Part shown: positions 51,629 through 60,998 of the stretch, piece after piece
Numbering within the stretch: the stretch's first letter is position 1
Layout: each line of letters opens with the position of its first letter
Assembly (NCBI GenBank): GCA_963716725.1
Contig: CAVQUB010000009.1
Coordinates: 1 to 64,000, forward strand
DNA: 64,000 bases
From: an uncultured delta proteobacterium
GTDB taxonomy: Bacteria; Myxococcota_A; Polyangia; Polyangiales; Polyangiaceae
Direction of reading: 5' to 3'
Notes under the pieces: model-generated
What the model saw: the letters and a program-made list of their open reading frames with translations, nothing else
Told to the model about the DNA's origin: nothing
The model's database searches: none
Position numbers and translations under genes: made by a program

Positions 51629-53107
51629 ATGCTCGAGCCTGCGACCCTGCCCTTGATTGGTGGCCGCTATCGCGTCCTGCGCGAGCTCGGTCGCGGTGGG
51701 ATGGGCGTGGTCTACGTGGTAGAGCACGTGAACACCGGCGATCACCTGGCGCTGAAGCTGTTGCTGGCCCACGCCAACGCGTCGCCCGAAACTGTCGTGC
51801 GCTTCAAGCGCGAAGCGCGCGCACCGGCGAAGATCAAGAGCGAGCACGTCGTTCGCGTCACCGATGCCGACGTGGCGCCGGAGCTGGACCATGCGCCGTT
51901 TCTCGTCATGGAGCTCCTGGACGGACAGGATCTGGAGAAGCTCGTCGAGACCTGCGGCATGCTCCCGCCGGATCAGATAGTCGACATGCTGGCGCAAGTG
52001 GCGCGAGCGCTCGACAAGGCGCACGCTGCCGGCATCGTGCATCGGGATCTCAAGCCGGAGAACCTGTTCTTGCACAAGCGCGAGGATGGCTCGCAGATCG
52101 TGAAGATCCTCGACTTCGGGATCAGCAAGGTGATGGGTGGCGAGGGTCTCGGTTCGACCGACCAGTCTGGCGGCGCCACCAAGACCGGTTCTGTCTTCGG
52201 GACGCCGCTGTACATGGCGCCAGAGCAAGCGAAGGGACAACACGCGCAAATCGGCGCGGGCACGGACATCTGGGCGATCGGGCTGATTGTTTATCGTCTG
52301 GTCACGGGCCAGATCTACTGGCGCGCGAATACCATCGCGGAGCTCCTGGTGGCGATCATCGCCGAGCCGATGCCGGCGCCCTCGACGCTGAGCCCGCTCG
52401 CGCTCACTCCGGCCTTCGATGGCTGGTTCGCTCGCTCCTGCGATCGCGATCCAACGCTCCGTTTCCGGACGGTTGGCGACCAGGTGCGCGCGCTGGCCGA
52501 GGCGCTCGGCGTTCCGGTTCCGGCTGGGCTGGCCTCGCTTCCCATCGTCGCGGCTCAGCCAGGATTCGCGGTGGCGGCGACCGCGCCGGAGGGTGTTCGC
52601 ACTTCGTCGCCCCAGCTCGGTTACGCGCCGATGATCCAGGGCCAGTCCGCGCCCGGTGAATCCGTCAACCGTTCCAATGCTTCGGTGTACAGCACGGTGC
52701 CAGAAGCGACGTCGGCTCCCAAGCGCTCCAAGCTGCCGGTCGTGGGCGCGGGTGCACTCGTGCTCTCGCTCGCCATCTCCGGAACGGTGTTTGCGGTCAT
52801 GCGCGCGAGCGGAGGCGCAACACCGGAAGCGAGCGCCTCCGTCTCGGCCGACAGCCTCGTTGGCGTCGCTCCCACGCTCGTGGAGCCACCAACGCCGCCG
52901 GCCGCGCCAGCGACGCCTACTCCAAGCACCGAGCCAGTCGTGCCAACGGAGCCGCCAGCGGCGAACCACAAACGTCCCACCACGGGCTCGAAGACGACGA
53001 GTGGGAAGTCGGATGCCGGGACCGCCAGTGCCGCGCCTGTGCGCGCACCTCCAGCGACAGCCAAACCCAGCGGAAAGCCCGGAGACTACAGTCCCGAAGC
53101 TCCCTAG
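51629..53107 (+). CDS. Serine/threonine protein kinase (Hanks type) with TM and Pro-rich tail
   Basis: GRGGMG, ALK, HRDLKPEN, DFG, GTPLYMAPEQ motifs. Confidence 0.95.
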   Translation: MLEPATLPLIGGRYRVLRELGRGGMGVVYVVEHVNTGDHLALKLLLAHANASPETVVRFKREARAPAKIKSEHVVRVTDADVAPELDHAPFLVMELLDGQDLEKLVETCGMLPPDQIVDMLAQVARALDKAHAAGIVHRDLKPENLFLHKREDGSQIVKILDFGISKVMGGEGLGSTDQSGGATKTGSVFGTPLYMAPEQAKGQHAQIGAGTDIWAIGLIVYRLVTGQIYWRANTIAELLVAIIAEPMPAPSTLSPLALTPAFDGWFARSCDRDPTLRFRTVGDQVRALAEALGVPVPAGLASLPIVAAQPGFAVAATAPEGVRTSSPQLGYAPMIQGQSAPGESVNRSNASVYSTVPEATSAPKRSKLPVVGAGALVLSLAISGTVFAVMRASGGATPEASASVSADSLVGVAPTLVEPPTPPAAPATPTPSTEPVVPTEPPAANHKRPTTGSKTTSGKSDAGTASAAPVRAPPATAKPSGKPGDYSPEAP

Positions 53108-53302
53108 CCTCGCACCAGGGTCGCGACGCGCTTTCTGCGCATCGCCCTTCGGGCCCGGCTTCGGTTCACGACCGCGAGTCTAGCAAGACACCGGGCTTCA
53201 ACACGCCACTCGAATCGATCTCGCGCTTGCCGGCGCGGAGGGCATGCGCATGCGGCGCATGGGTGGAATGAAGGGGGCAGGCAACGCGCTCGTCCATGCG
53301 TT

Positions 53303-53380
53303 GAATGACCACTGCGGCAAACGCCAGACGGAGGCCGAAGGCCGACCTTGGCGGCTGTCCGCAGCAAGGCCTTGTCATAC
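53303..53380 (-). mobile_element. attC-like recombination hairpin (degenerate)
   Basis: Minus strand GTATGAC-AAGGCCTTGCTGCGGAC...GGCCTTCGGCC...GCCGCAG-TG-GTCATTC: an imperfect palindrome beginning at the gene's stop codon. Confidence 0.55.
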
Positions 53381-53893
53381 AGGCTTCCGCACACTGGCGA
53401 CTCGGTCAAGGACGGCTCGGGCAGTCGTCGACTCTGCCACCGCGCGGCTGATCATTGGGTGATCGATGAGTTTCAGGCGAACGATCTCCTCGGCTGCGTT
53501 CGCAGCGAGTTCGGCATCCCGAACAAGTGCCTCTGCGAGGATTGCCACCGTGCCCTCATCGGAGGAAGCGATGTGGGTGAGCGCCACAAGTGCCTCCCAC
53601 GCGGCCGCCCCCGACCCCTGGCGAAACGCTGAGACGATCAGGGGAACCAATGGGTGGGCATCGTGCCCGATTAGCCGAGCCGTGATTAGGGCACACCGGA
53701 ATGGTTCGCTCATGACTCCGTACGGATTCACTCCGAAGGCGTTCCGCGCCGACCCGTCGAGAATGGCACGAATGGCAGGGATGGCATCAGGCCCGCGAGC
53801 GGCCGCGAGGTGCGTCGCTGTTGCGCGACGGCTCGGCTCTGCGAAAGCTTCGAGGAGGTGGTCGAGTAGATCCGATTGGTGCGGAAGCTCCAT
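53375..53893 (-). CDS. Helical-repeat (HEAT-like) hypothetical protein, probable gene cassette
   Basis: Clean ORF with atypical codon usage, bounded by GTCATAC/GTATGAC cores. Confidence 0.65.
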   Translation of the reverse strand: MELPHQSDLLDHLLEAFAEPSRRATATHLAAARGPDAIPAIRAILDGSARNAFGVNPYGVMSEPFRCALITARLIGHDAHPLVPLIVSAFRQGSGAAAWEALVALTHIASSDEGTVAILAEALVRDAELAANAAEEIVRLKLIDHPMISRAVAESTTARAVLDRVASVRKPV

Positions 53894-53902
53894 GGTGGCG
53901 CC

Positions 53903-53968
53903 GTATGACGATTGAGGCTTTCAGCAGCGAACGCCGAGACCAAGAGATACCAGAGCGCGCGGCGTTGC
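53903..53968 (-). mobile_element. attC-like right arm (partial)
   Basis: Minus strand AACGCCG...CGGCGTTCGCTGCTGAAAGCCTCAATC-GTCATAC, ending 9 bp before the ATG. Confidence 0.5.
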
Positions 53969-54106
53969 ACACGCGGGCGAGTGCCGCGTCAGAGTGGTCG
54001 CCCACGGGCGTGGAACGAACTTCCACGCGCGGGAGACCGGCGATCGTCGGGTGCAACGACCAGTTGTGCGGCTGCCGGGAGGACGGAATCGAGTTATGCT
54101 TTGTGC

Positions 54107-54544
54107 ATGGCGCAGTCACCCCCCGACGGGTTGTTGCGGCGCGCGCTGGCGCTCCCTCCGGACAAGCGGCTCGCCCCGGTGTCGGTGGTCTCCGGCTCTC
54201 GCGCATGGCCGGTGAAGACCGCGGGGAAGACAAGCTCGAGGACTGGGCGACCGTGAAGGCCAGACTGCGCGCCGAGTTGCGCGGAAGGTGATAACCCGCC
54301 TTTCCGACGGCGCGCAGGAGGACCTGCGGCGCGCGATCCTGCAGTACGAAGAGGCTCGCACGGGGCTTGGCGGTGAGTTCCTCGACGAGCGGACCGGCCA
54401 TTGGAATTCCCGGTTTGGCAGGACGACCGACCGCACCGAAAGGCCGTGATGCTCCACAGGTTCCCCTTCGTCATCTACTTCCGTCTCAGCGAACGCGAGG
54501 TCCACGTCTTGGCTGTCGCCCACGGGAAACGCGAACCCGGTTAG
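54107..54544 (+). pseudogene. Degraded addiction-module antitoxin + RelE/ParE toxin pair
   Basis: ALALPPDKRL / WATVKARL antitoxin pieces; AQEDLRRAILQYEEARTGLGGEF / HRFPFVIYF...VLAVAHGKREPG toxin pieces in shifted frames. Confidence 0.7.
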
Positions 54545-54908
54545 GCGGAGCAGAGCGCGCTGAATCGGTTACACGACAAAGGCAAACTGTGCGGGTCCTG
54601 CTGAATCCGCTCGAAGATGACGTCCAGCTCCGCGAACAAGCGCTGCGCGACGGTCGGGTCTCGTTGGTAGTACCAAGATAGCGCTTCGTCGATGTCGAGC
54701 AGCGCGCTCGGGCGAACAATGAGCGTCGTCACCGTCAGCGACCGGCCGGATACTTCTGCTGAAGTTCGGCGCGCAACTCACCCCAAGCGCGTCCGGCAGT
54801 CGGGTCAGCACGATAGGCTTCGAGTTGTTCGCGGAGAAGCTCGCGATGCCAGTCTGGAATGGGGACGTCCGCTCGCTCGACGATTTGGTCCCACAAAGAC
54901 TCGACGTG
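54541..54908 (-). pseudogene. Second truncated addiction-module antitoxin + ParE-type toxin
   Basis: ESLWDQI...PIPDWHRELL...YRADP...WGELRAEL (no start codon), then MTTLIVRPSALLDIDEALSWY...IQQDP (truncated). Confidence 0.7.
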
Positions 54909-54927
54909 CTTCAACAGCTTGTTGGGC
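54908..54927 (-). mobile_element. attC left arm (RYYYAAC) remnant
   Basis: Minus strand GCCCAAC-AAGCTGTTGAAGC, 16 bp after the stop of 54944-55513. Confidence 0.55.
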
Positions 54928-54943
54928 GGCGCTGTCAGAAACG

Positions 54944-55513
54944 TCAGTCAGGGAGGAGGAGCGTGCCGTTCCTAGCGGCGGCCTGGGCTCCCGGAAGAAC
55001 TGACCGTGACCCGAGTCGCTGGACTGAGAGTTTGTTGCGAATGTAACGATTGATCTTGCCGGAAATGCTCGAGACAACCCGGAAGTCCCAGTCGTCAACA
55101 GATGGCAGGTCAACGTACGTGTCGGACCAGGTCATGGCGCGCTGCCGACTGTTGTGATTTGTAAAGGACTCGCGAAGACGGCCAATCTTGTCGTTCGTGA
55201 AGTCGAGTTCGATTTGGATTAGCCCCCACCCTTGAACGTGTTCGCGGGTGGACTTTCCGGGGATCGCGTTGGGCAAGAGCTTGATGTGCTCAATGGTGTA
55301 CCTTCCGCGCATGGTCGGCGCGTAGAGCATGAACCCCAGGTGGTAGGGCGCCGTATCGACCGCCTGGCCGATCTCCTCGACCGAGGTAAACCGACGCAAC
55401 GGACGGTCTGGTACGGAGTAGCTTTCCAGGACCTCGCACTCGGTGTTTGAAAGGACGAACTCGAAGATCGGTCTCGCGTCGGAGCGAACCGCGAAAAAAC
55501 CGTGATGCGGCAT
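54944..55513 (-). CDS. Hypothetical protein with lower GC, probable cassette gene
   Basis: GGAGG ribosome-binding site; visibly more AT-rich; followed by an attC arm. Confidence 0.75.
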   Translation of the reverse strand: MPHHGFFAVRSDARPIFEFVLSNTECEVLESYSVPDRPLRRFTSVEEIGQAVDTAPYHLGFMLYAPTMRGRYTIEHIKLLPNAIPGKSTREHVQGWGLIQIELDFTNDKIGRLRESFTNHNSRQRAMTWSDTYVDLPSVDDWDFRVVSSISGKINRYIRNKLSVQRLGSRSVLPGAQAAARNGTLLLPD

Positions 55514-55704
55514 GTCAGTACCTCCGCCCGGCTCCCATTCTACCTGCAGCAGCTCGCCGACTGCGCTGGATCATTCCCCCCGCCCGAGCGGCGCGAGGGC
55601 TTGGGGGGAATCGCCCGCCGCGAGGGGCGCCGACGGTGAGTCGTCGAGCGTCGTGGCGAAGCGAGGCCCCGAGCGCCGGGCGATGGGGGGCAACTCGGAC
55701 TGAC

Positions 55705-56571
55705 TCAGCGGCGGCGGCGCGTCGCGGGGCCGGTGGCCCAGCGCCAGCGCACGCCGAGGTGAGCGAAGTCCGCGCCGGCGAGGCCGATGCTGTCGGGGCT
55801 GTGGATCACCGGCAAGAACGAGAGTTCGACGTCGGCATGTTCCCCGATGGCCACGCTGCCGAGCACGCCGGCGCGGATCACGTAGCCAGCACGCCCGGGG
55901 TTCTCGAGGATCTCTTCGGCCACGCCGAGCCGGATCGCGTCGTTTCGGCCGAAGCGCCAGGCGTAGCCGACTCGCGCGCGCCACAGCCACGGAGGCGCGA
56001 TGATCACGTTCCGGTACTCGTCGTAGAGGTGGTGACCCGGCTCGAGCTGCGTGGCGTAGTACACGCCGAGCAGCCAGAAGGGACCGCCGCCGGGGACCGC
56101 GACCGCGCCCGAGAGCTCGCTCTCGAGCGTGACCGGCTCGGCCTCGGGCCCGTCCGGCAGGTCGAGATCGGCGCTTTCGTGCTGTTCCTTGGGCGGCATG
56201 AGCGTGCGCCCGAAGGTCTCGAACTTGCGCACTCCCGCCCGGAGCTCCAAGAACGGAACTGTTGCGCGCACGCCGCCGTAGAAGCCCGCGCCGGACATCG
56301 TCACCAGCGGTTCCAGGTCCAGGCTCATGGCACGATAGAAGGGACGCCCGAAGCCCACCTGGAACGCGGGGCGCACGTAGGGCAAGCCGATGGCGAGGGA
56401 CGCGCTGACGAAGGGACGCGGCTGACCGCGCGACCAGTACGGCGCATCGACGGCTCGCGCGGTCATGCTTGCGTCGGGCCAGGCTTCGCTCGGCAGCGCC
56501 TCCGCCCGGGCGGTCGTGCCGCTGGTGAGGCTCGCAGCCAGAGCGGCGACGCTCGCGAGGGTGCGTGTCAA
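55705..56571 (-). CDS. Secreted beta-barrel-like protein
   Basis: Signal peptide ending ARA; amphipathic strands; LGVRWRW end. Confidence 0.7.
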   Translation of the reverse strand: MTRTLASVAALAASLTSGTTARAEALPSEAWPDASMTARAVDAPYWSRGQPRPFVSASLAIGLPYVRPAFQVGFGRPFYRAMSLDLEPLVTMSGAGFYGGVRATVPFLELRAGVRKFETFGRTLMPPKEQHESADLDLPDGPEAEPVTLESELSGAVAVPGGGPFWLLGVYYATQLEPGHHLYDEYRNVIIAPPWLWRARVGYAWRFGRNDAIRLGVAEEILENPGRAGYVIRAGVLGSVAIGEHADVELSFLPVIHSPDSIGLAGADFAHLGVRWRWATGPATRRRR

Positions 56572-57509
56572 AACGCACCTCCTACGGCGATGCCCGTGGG
56601 ATGCGGCACGAGGTGCAGACTCGGCTTCGGCGCGAAGCGCTCACCTTGGGGCTTCCGATAGTGGAGCAACCAAGGCACCCCGAGGCCGGAGAGCGTGCCC
56701 CAGGCCGCGCCCATCATCACGTCGGAGGCGTAGTGTACGTCGCCCATGACTCGCAGCGCGGCGGTCGCGCCCGCTGCGGCGTACCCTGCCGCGCACGACG
56801 CGACCTCCGGCGCACCACCGCCATAGAGCGGCAGGTGCGCGTGGTGCATGCACGACACGCTCGCCGCAGCGAACGCGCCGGTGGTGTGTCCGCTGAAGAA
56901 GCTGCGGTAGCGATCGCCGCCGGTGCACTCGCGAAGCTCCGAGTCGAGACCCTGGCCACACTCCGCGCCGTAGGGTCGCTCGCGGCTCGCGAGGGAGGTG
57001 ACGGTGGCGAGCACCGCGAAAGTGACCGCGAGGGTCTCGGCGTTGATGAGCAGGATCTGCTCGGTGACCTCGGGGCTCTGGTGGTACCAATAGCTGGTGA
57101 TCAGACCGTCGCCGAGCGTCGGGCCGGCGAAGCTGAGCGCAAGCAACACGTCGCTCGCGTCGCGGGCGCGGCGGCGCTGCCGGTCGGTGCCCAGTCGCGT
57201 CGAACGGCGCAGGTCGTCGTCGAACAAGACGCCGCCTCTCCAGTGGTCGCCGCGGGAGCCCGCCGCCACCGCCGCGACCGCGCTCAGCGCGAGGCCACCG
57301 GTGAGGTAGAGTTCCCAGGTCTGCACGGGGTGGTACCGCCACCGCAAGCGCGCGGGCCGGTCGGGTGCCGGTGGGAAGAGCACGACGGGAGGCGGCGCTG
57401 CGCCCGACTCGGAGCTCCAATCCGGCGCCGGCGGTTGCGCAGCCCCGGCGCCGGTCGCCACCAGCGAGATCGCCAGCGCTGCTGCGAGAACGGTGGGGGC
57501 ACGGCGCAC
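56568..57509 (-). CDS. PAP2-family phosphatase (exported)
   Basis: RERP, SFFSGH and R....HYASDV motifs. Confidence 0.88.
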   Translation of the reverse strand: MRRAPTVLAAALAISLVATGAGAAQPPAPDWSSESGAAPPPVVLFPPAPDRPARLRWRYHPVQTWELYLTGGLALSAVAAVAAGSRGDHWRGGVLFDDDLRRSTRLGTDRQRRRARDASDVLLALSFAGPTLGDGLITSYWYHQSPEVTEQILLINAETLAVTFAVLATVTSLASRERPYGAECGQGLDSELRECTGGDRYRSFFSGHTTGAFAAASVSCMHHAHLPLYGGGAPEVASCAAGYAAAGATAALRVMGDVHYASDVMMGAAWGTLSGLGVPWLLHYRKPQGERFAPKPSLHLVPHPTGIAVGGAF

Positions 57510-57563
57510 GGACGGCAGTCTAGTACAGCGCGGCGGGGGTCTGCTCGGGCGCGACGCCTGCCG

Positions 57564-59033
57564 TCACGCGGTGCGAGGAGTTCGGGCTCTTCGGGCGCCC
57601 AGCAGTGCGAGCGCGAATAGCGCGGCGTAGCCTGCCACCCCGCCGCGCGGCTGCGTGCCACAGCCGCAGCCACCATCGTCCGAACTGCCGCCTGCGGCAC
57701 CCGCACTGCCGCCGGCACCCGAGTTACCGTTGCCGCCGCTGCCGCCCACGTTGGGGGTGCCCCCGGAATTGCCGTTGCCGCCGGCACCCGAGCTGCCACC
57801 GGCACCCGAGCTGCCGCCGGCACCCGAGCTGCCGCCGCTTCCCCCGCCATCTGAGCAGAATCCAGTCACCGGATCGCAGATCGGACCTTGCGGCGGCTTG
57901 CAGTCTTGGTCGGAGTCGCAGTTGTCTGGATCGTCGCCCAGATCCACGATGGAGGGGATGCCGTCGTTGTCGTAGTCGTGCTGACCCTCGACACTGTCGG
58001 GGATGTTGTTGTTGTCGGAGTCAACGTCGATCCACGCGGGCTGTTTGTCGTCGTCGGCGTTCGGCTTCGCCTGTTCGGCGGCTACTTCGTACTTGGTAGG
58101 GATGCCGTCGTTGTCGTCGTCGTCGTCGAGCGGATCGATCTTGCCGTCTTTGTCGTGGTCCTCGTAGATGCTCTCCCCCGGCACGCACACACCAGTCACG
58201 GTGCCGTAGCCGTCGCAGAGGCCGTCGTTGTCGCTGTCGGGGTCGGTGGGGTTGGTGCCACCTTTGGCTTCGCCCACGTCGCTCACGCCGTCCCCGTCGC
58301 CGTCTGCGCAGTCGCCAAGGAAGGTCTGGATATTCTCGGTGAGGGGCACCTTGTTCTGCTCGGGGTGGACAGACGTGAACCACCACGACAGGTCCATCGC
58401 GACGTAGACGCACCCCCCCGCTTGCTCGAGCTCCTCACCGGCCCAGGCCGCGGCGCCCGTCCCCGAAACGGGATGGTCGTAGACCCGGTTCTCCACGGGA
58501 ATGGATTTCATCACGCCGGCCTCGCCGGCAAGCCAGGTCGGCACCGCGTTTGGCTTGGTGGTGATCGACCAGGTGTCGTTCGCGACAGCTTTGAACAGAT
58601 CGCCAGCTTCGCCCAGCTGGCCGATCTGGGTGGTGTCCGGCGTGAGCTGGTTGAGGATGGCCTGCACCGAACCGTTCACGTTCTCGCAGCAGGGGCGTTC
58701 GCCGGTCAGGTACAGGCCGCCACCAGCACGCACGTACTTCACGAGCGCCGTCTGCTGGACACCAGTGAGTGGAACCAGGCTGATGACCCAGATCGTGTCG
58801 AAGCTGGTCAAGTCGGCAGGCAAGGTGGCACCGAGCGAAATTTGAGACGTGACGTTGTGCCCGAGCCCAGTCAGGATCCCGGCGGCCGCGGGTCCCGCCG
58901 TGTCCCCCTGGGCGGGGTCCTTGTTCTGCACTTGGTAGACGAGGATCTTGTCCGCTCGCGCCTCGGACGCATGCAGAGCGACGAGAGCTGAAACGACAAG
59001 GAGGCTGCGGAGCCATGGCGATACGCGGCGCAT
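57564..59033 (-). CDS. MYXO-CTERM surface protein with DxDxDG Ca-binding repeats
   Basis: Signal peptide; DSDNDG/DDDNDG repeats; DDGGCGC + TM + RR tail. Confidence 0.85.
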   Translation of the reverse strand: MRRVSPWLRSLLVVSALVALHASEARADKILVYQVQNKDPAQGDTAGPAAAGILTGLGHNVTSQISLGATLPADLTSFDTIWVISLVPLTGVQQTALVKYVRAGGGLYLTGERPCCENVNGSVQAILNQLTPDTTQIGQLGEAGDLFKAVANDTWSITTKPNAVPTWLAGEAGVMKSIPVENRVYDHPVSGTGAAAWAGEELEQAGGCVYVAMDLSWWFTSVHPEQNKVPLTENIQTFLGDCADGDGDGVSDVGEAKGGTNPTDPDSDNDGLCDGYGTVTGVCVPGESIYEDHDKDGKIDPLDDDDDNDGIPTKYEVAAEQAKPNADDDKQPAWIDVDSDNNNIPDSVEGQHDYDNDGIPSIVDLGDDPDNCDSDQDCKPPQGPICDPVTGFCSDGGGSGGSSGAGGSSGAGGSSGAGGNGNSGGTPNVGGSGGNGNSGAGGSAGAAGGSSDDGGCGCGTQPRGGVAGYAALFALALLGARRARTPRTA

Positions 59034-59182
59034 GAGCGGCAGGATTTCACGCTCGGGGAGGCGAAGCAAGTCTCGCCGCTCGGCCAAGGCGCTGTCGCGC
59101 TGGCTGTACGCTCCGGTGGTCGGGAGCGCAGACTGAACCTGCACACTACCCACCCGCCCGGCCTGCGCTATGAAGGTGCACG

Positions 59183-60793
59183 GTGGATCTGGGGCACGAC
59201 ACGATCGCGCTGCGTCAGGACGCGGCTCACGAGCAGCGCAACTGGGTGCGGCTCACGAGCGACTGCAACAACCACTGCGTGTTCTGCCTCGACACGCTGG
59301 TGCACGACGGCAGCATGCGCTCGGCGCTGGAGGTCAAGATCCAGATCGTCGAGGGCCGAAAGCGGGGCGCGACGCGGCTGATCCTGTCGGGCGGCGAGCC
59401 GACCATGCACCCGCAGTTCTTGGAGTTCGTGAAGCTCGGGCGGCGCTCGGGCTACCGACGGGTGCAGACGGTGACCAACGGGCGCATGTTCGCCTATCCC
59501 GAGTTCTTGGGGCGTGCCGCCGAGTGCGGGCTCGACGAGATCACCTTCAGCGTGCACGGCCACACCGCCAAGCTGCACGACGCGCTGGTGGGCGCACCCG
59601 GCGCCTTCGAAGAAGAGGTGACGGGGCTGAAGGCGGCGCTCGCCTCGGGTCGCTTCATCGTCAACGTGGACGTGGTCATCAACAAGATGAACGTGGCGGT
59701 GCTGCCCGAGATGCTCGAGACCTTCATCGAGTGGGGCGTGCGCGAGTTCGACCTGCTGCAGGTGATCCCCTTCGGCAACGCCTGGGGCAAGGCCAAGCAC
59801 AGCTTGTTCTACGATCTCGAGGGGCATGAGCAGGTGCTCGCGCGGGCCTTCGAGATCTCGCGGCGACCGGGCATTCAGATTTGGCTCAACCGCTTCCCGC
59901 CGGCCCACGCCGAAGGCTTCGAGGATCTGATCCAGGATCCGCACAAGCTCGAGGACGAGGTGCGCGGGCGGCGCGAGGAGTTCGACCGCTACCTGAGCCT
60001 GGGCGAGAAGCTGGACTGCCGAGAGCCGGCGCGCTGCAAACACTGCTACCTCGAGCCGCTCTGCGACGGGCTCGACGCCGCGATCGCCGATCGCGCGCTG
60101 CCCGGGGTCGACGTGTTGCGGCTGGTGGAGCCCGGATCCGGCGCCACGAACCTGCCGCGGGCTCGGATCGCGCACGTGGTCGCGAGCGGCGCGCAGCGCG
60201 CGATGGAACTCGCCGCGATCGCGCCCGACGCGGAGCTCTGGCTCGAGCTCGACTCCTACGCCGAGCTGTCAGCGCCGGAGCTCGACGGCCGCGCAGTGGC
60301 GCGGGTGTTCGTGCGGGACGCGGCGGAGATCGAACGCGTCCGCGCTTGGCCCGGCGACTTCGAGATCGTGGTGGCGCTCCGGCGCGAAACTGCGCCGCTC
60401 TTGACCGCCCTCGCGCCGCTCGGCTCACGACTGTTGGTGCAGCAACCGACCTACGAGCGCCTCACCGATCAGCGCCGCGAAGACGTCGACGTCCGAAGCG
60501 TCTGCGAGGGGCTACCGCCGAGCGTGCGCACGTTGAACGTGCCGGCGTGCTTGGGCGGACGTGATCCCGAACGGCACACGCCGTGCCTCGACGGCGCCAT
60601 GCTGGGTGGCGATGGCCGCGTCGACATTTCGCGCTACACCCAGCGCTTCGTCGCGGCGGGGTTCATGACCAAGAGTCGACGTTGTCGCCAGTGTGTGCAC
60701 GACGCGAGCTGCGAGGGCGTTCACATCAATTTCGTTCGCGCGCACGGCTACGGGGTGCTCGAGCCCATCGGGGAGAGGGACGCGACGCCGTAG
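59183..60793 (+). CDS. Radical SAM protein, HxsC-like, with two CxxCx5C motifs
   Basis: CNNHCVFC, SGGEPT, TNGRM, SVHG..LHD; CKHCYLEPLC and CRQCVHDASC. Confidence 0.85.
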   Translation: MDLGHDTIALRQDAAHEQRNWVRLTSDCNNHCVFCLDTLVHDGSMRSALEVKIQIVEGRKRGATRLILSGGEPTMHPQFLEFVKLGRRSGYRRVQTVTNGRMFAYPEFLGRAAECGLDEITFSVHGHTAKLHDALVGAPGAFEEEVTGLKAALASGRFIVNVDVVINKMNVAVLPEMLETFIEWGVREFDLLQVIPFGNAWGKAKHSLFYDLEGHEQVLARAFEISRRPGIQIWLNRFPPAHAEGFEDLIQDPHKLEDEVRGRREEFDRYLSLGEKLDCREPARCKHCYLEPLCDGLDAAIADRALPGVDVLRLVEPGSGATNLPRARIAHVVASGAQRAMELAAIAPDAELWLELDSYAELSAPELDGRAVARVFVRDAAEIERVRAWPGDFEIVVALRRETAPLLTALAPLGSRLLVQQPTYERLTDQRREDVDVRSVCEGLPPSVRTLNVPACLGGRDPERHTPCLDGAMLGGDGRVDISRYTQRFVAAGFMTKSRRCRQCVHDASCEGVHINFVRAHGYGVLEPIGERDATP

Positions 60794-60998
60794 CCCGCCT
60801 CGCGCGCGATTTCCTCCATGGTCGTGCCAAGGGATCCTTTGCGAGCGAACGCAGGTCCGGCTGCATCGACGATGTCCTCCCGCGAGCGCGTGTGGTCTTG
60901 GTGATCGACATGATGGCGCAGCGGCCACGGCCAACGCTCGTGAACGGTGGCGGTGCTCGTGGGGACGACGCCATCCCGCCACGATGCTAAGAGGGGTC

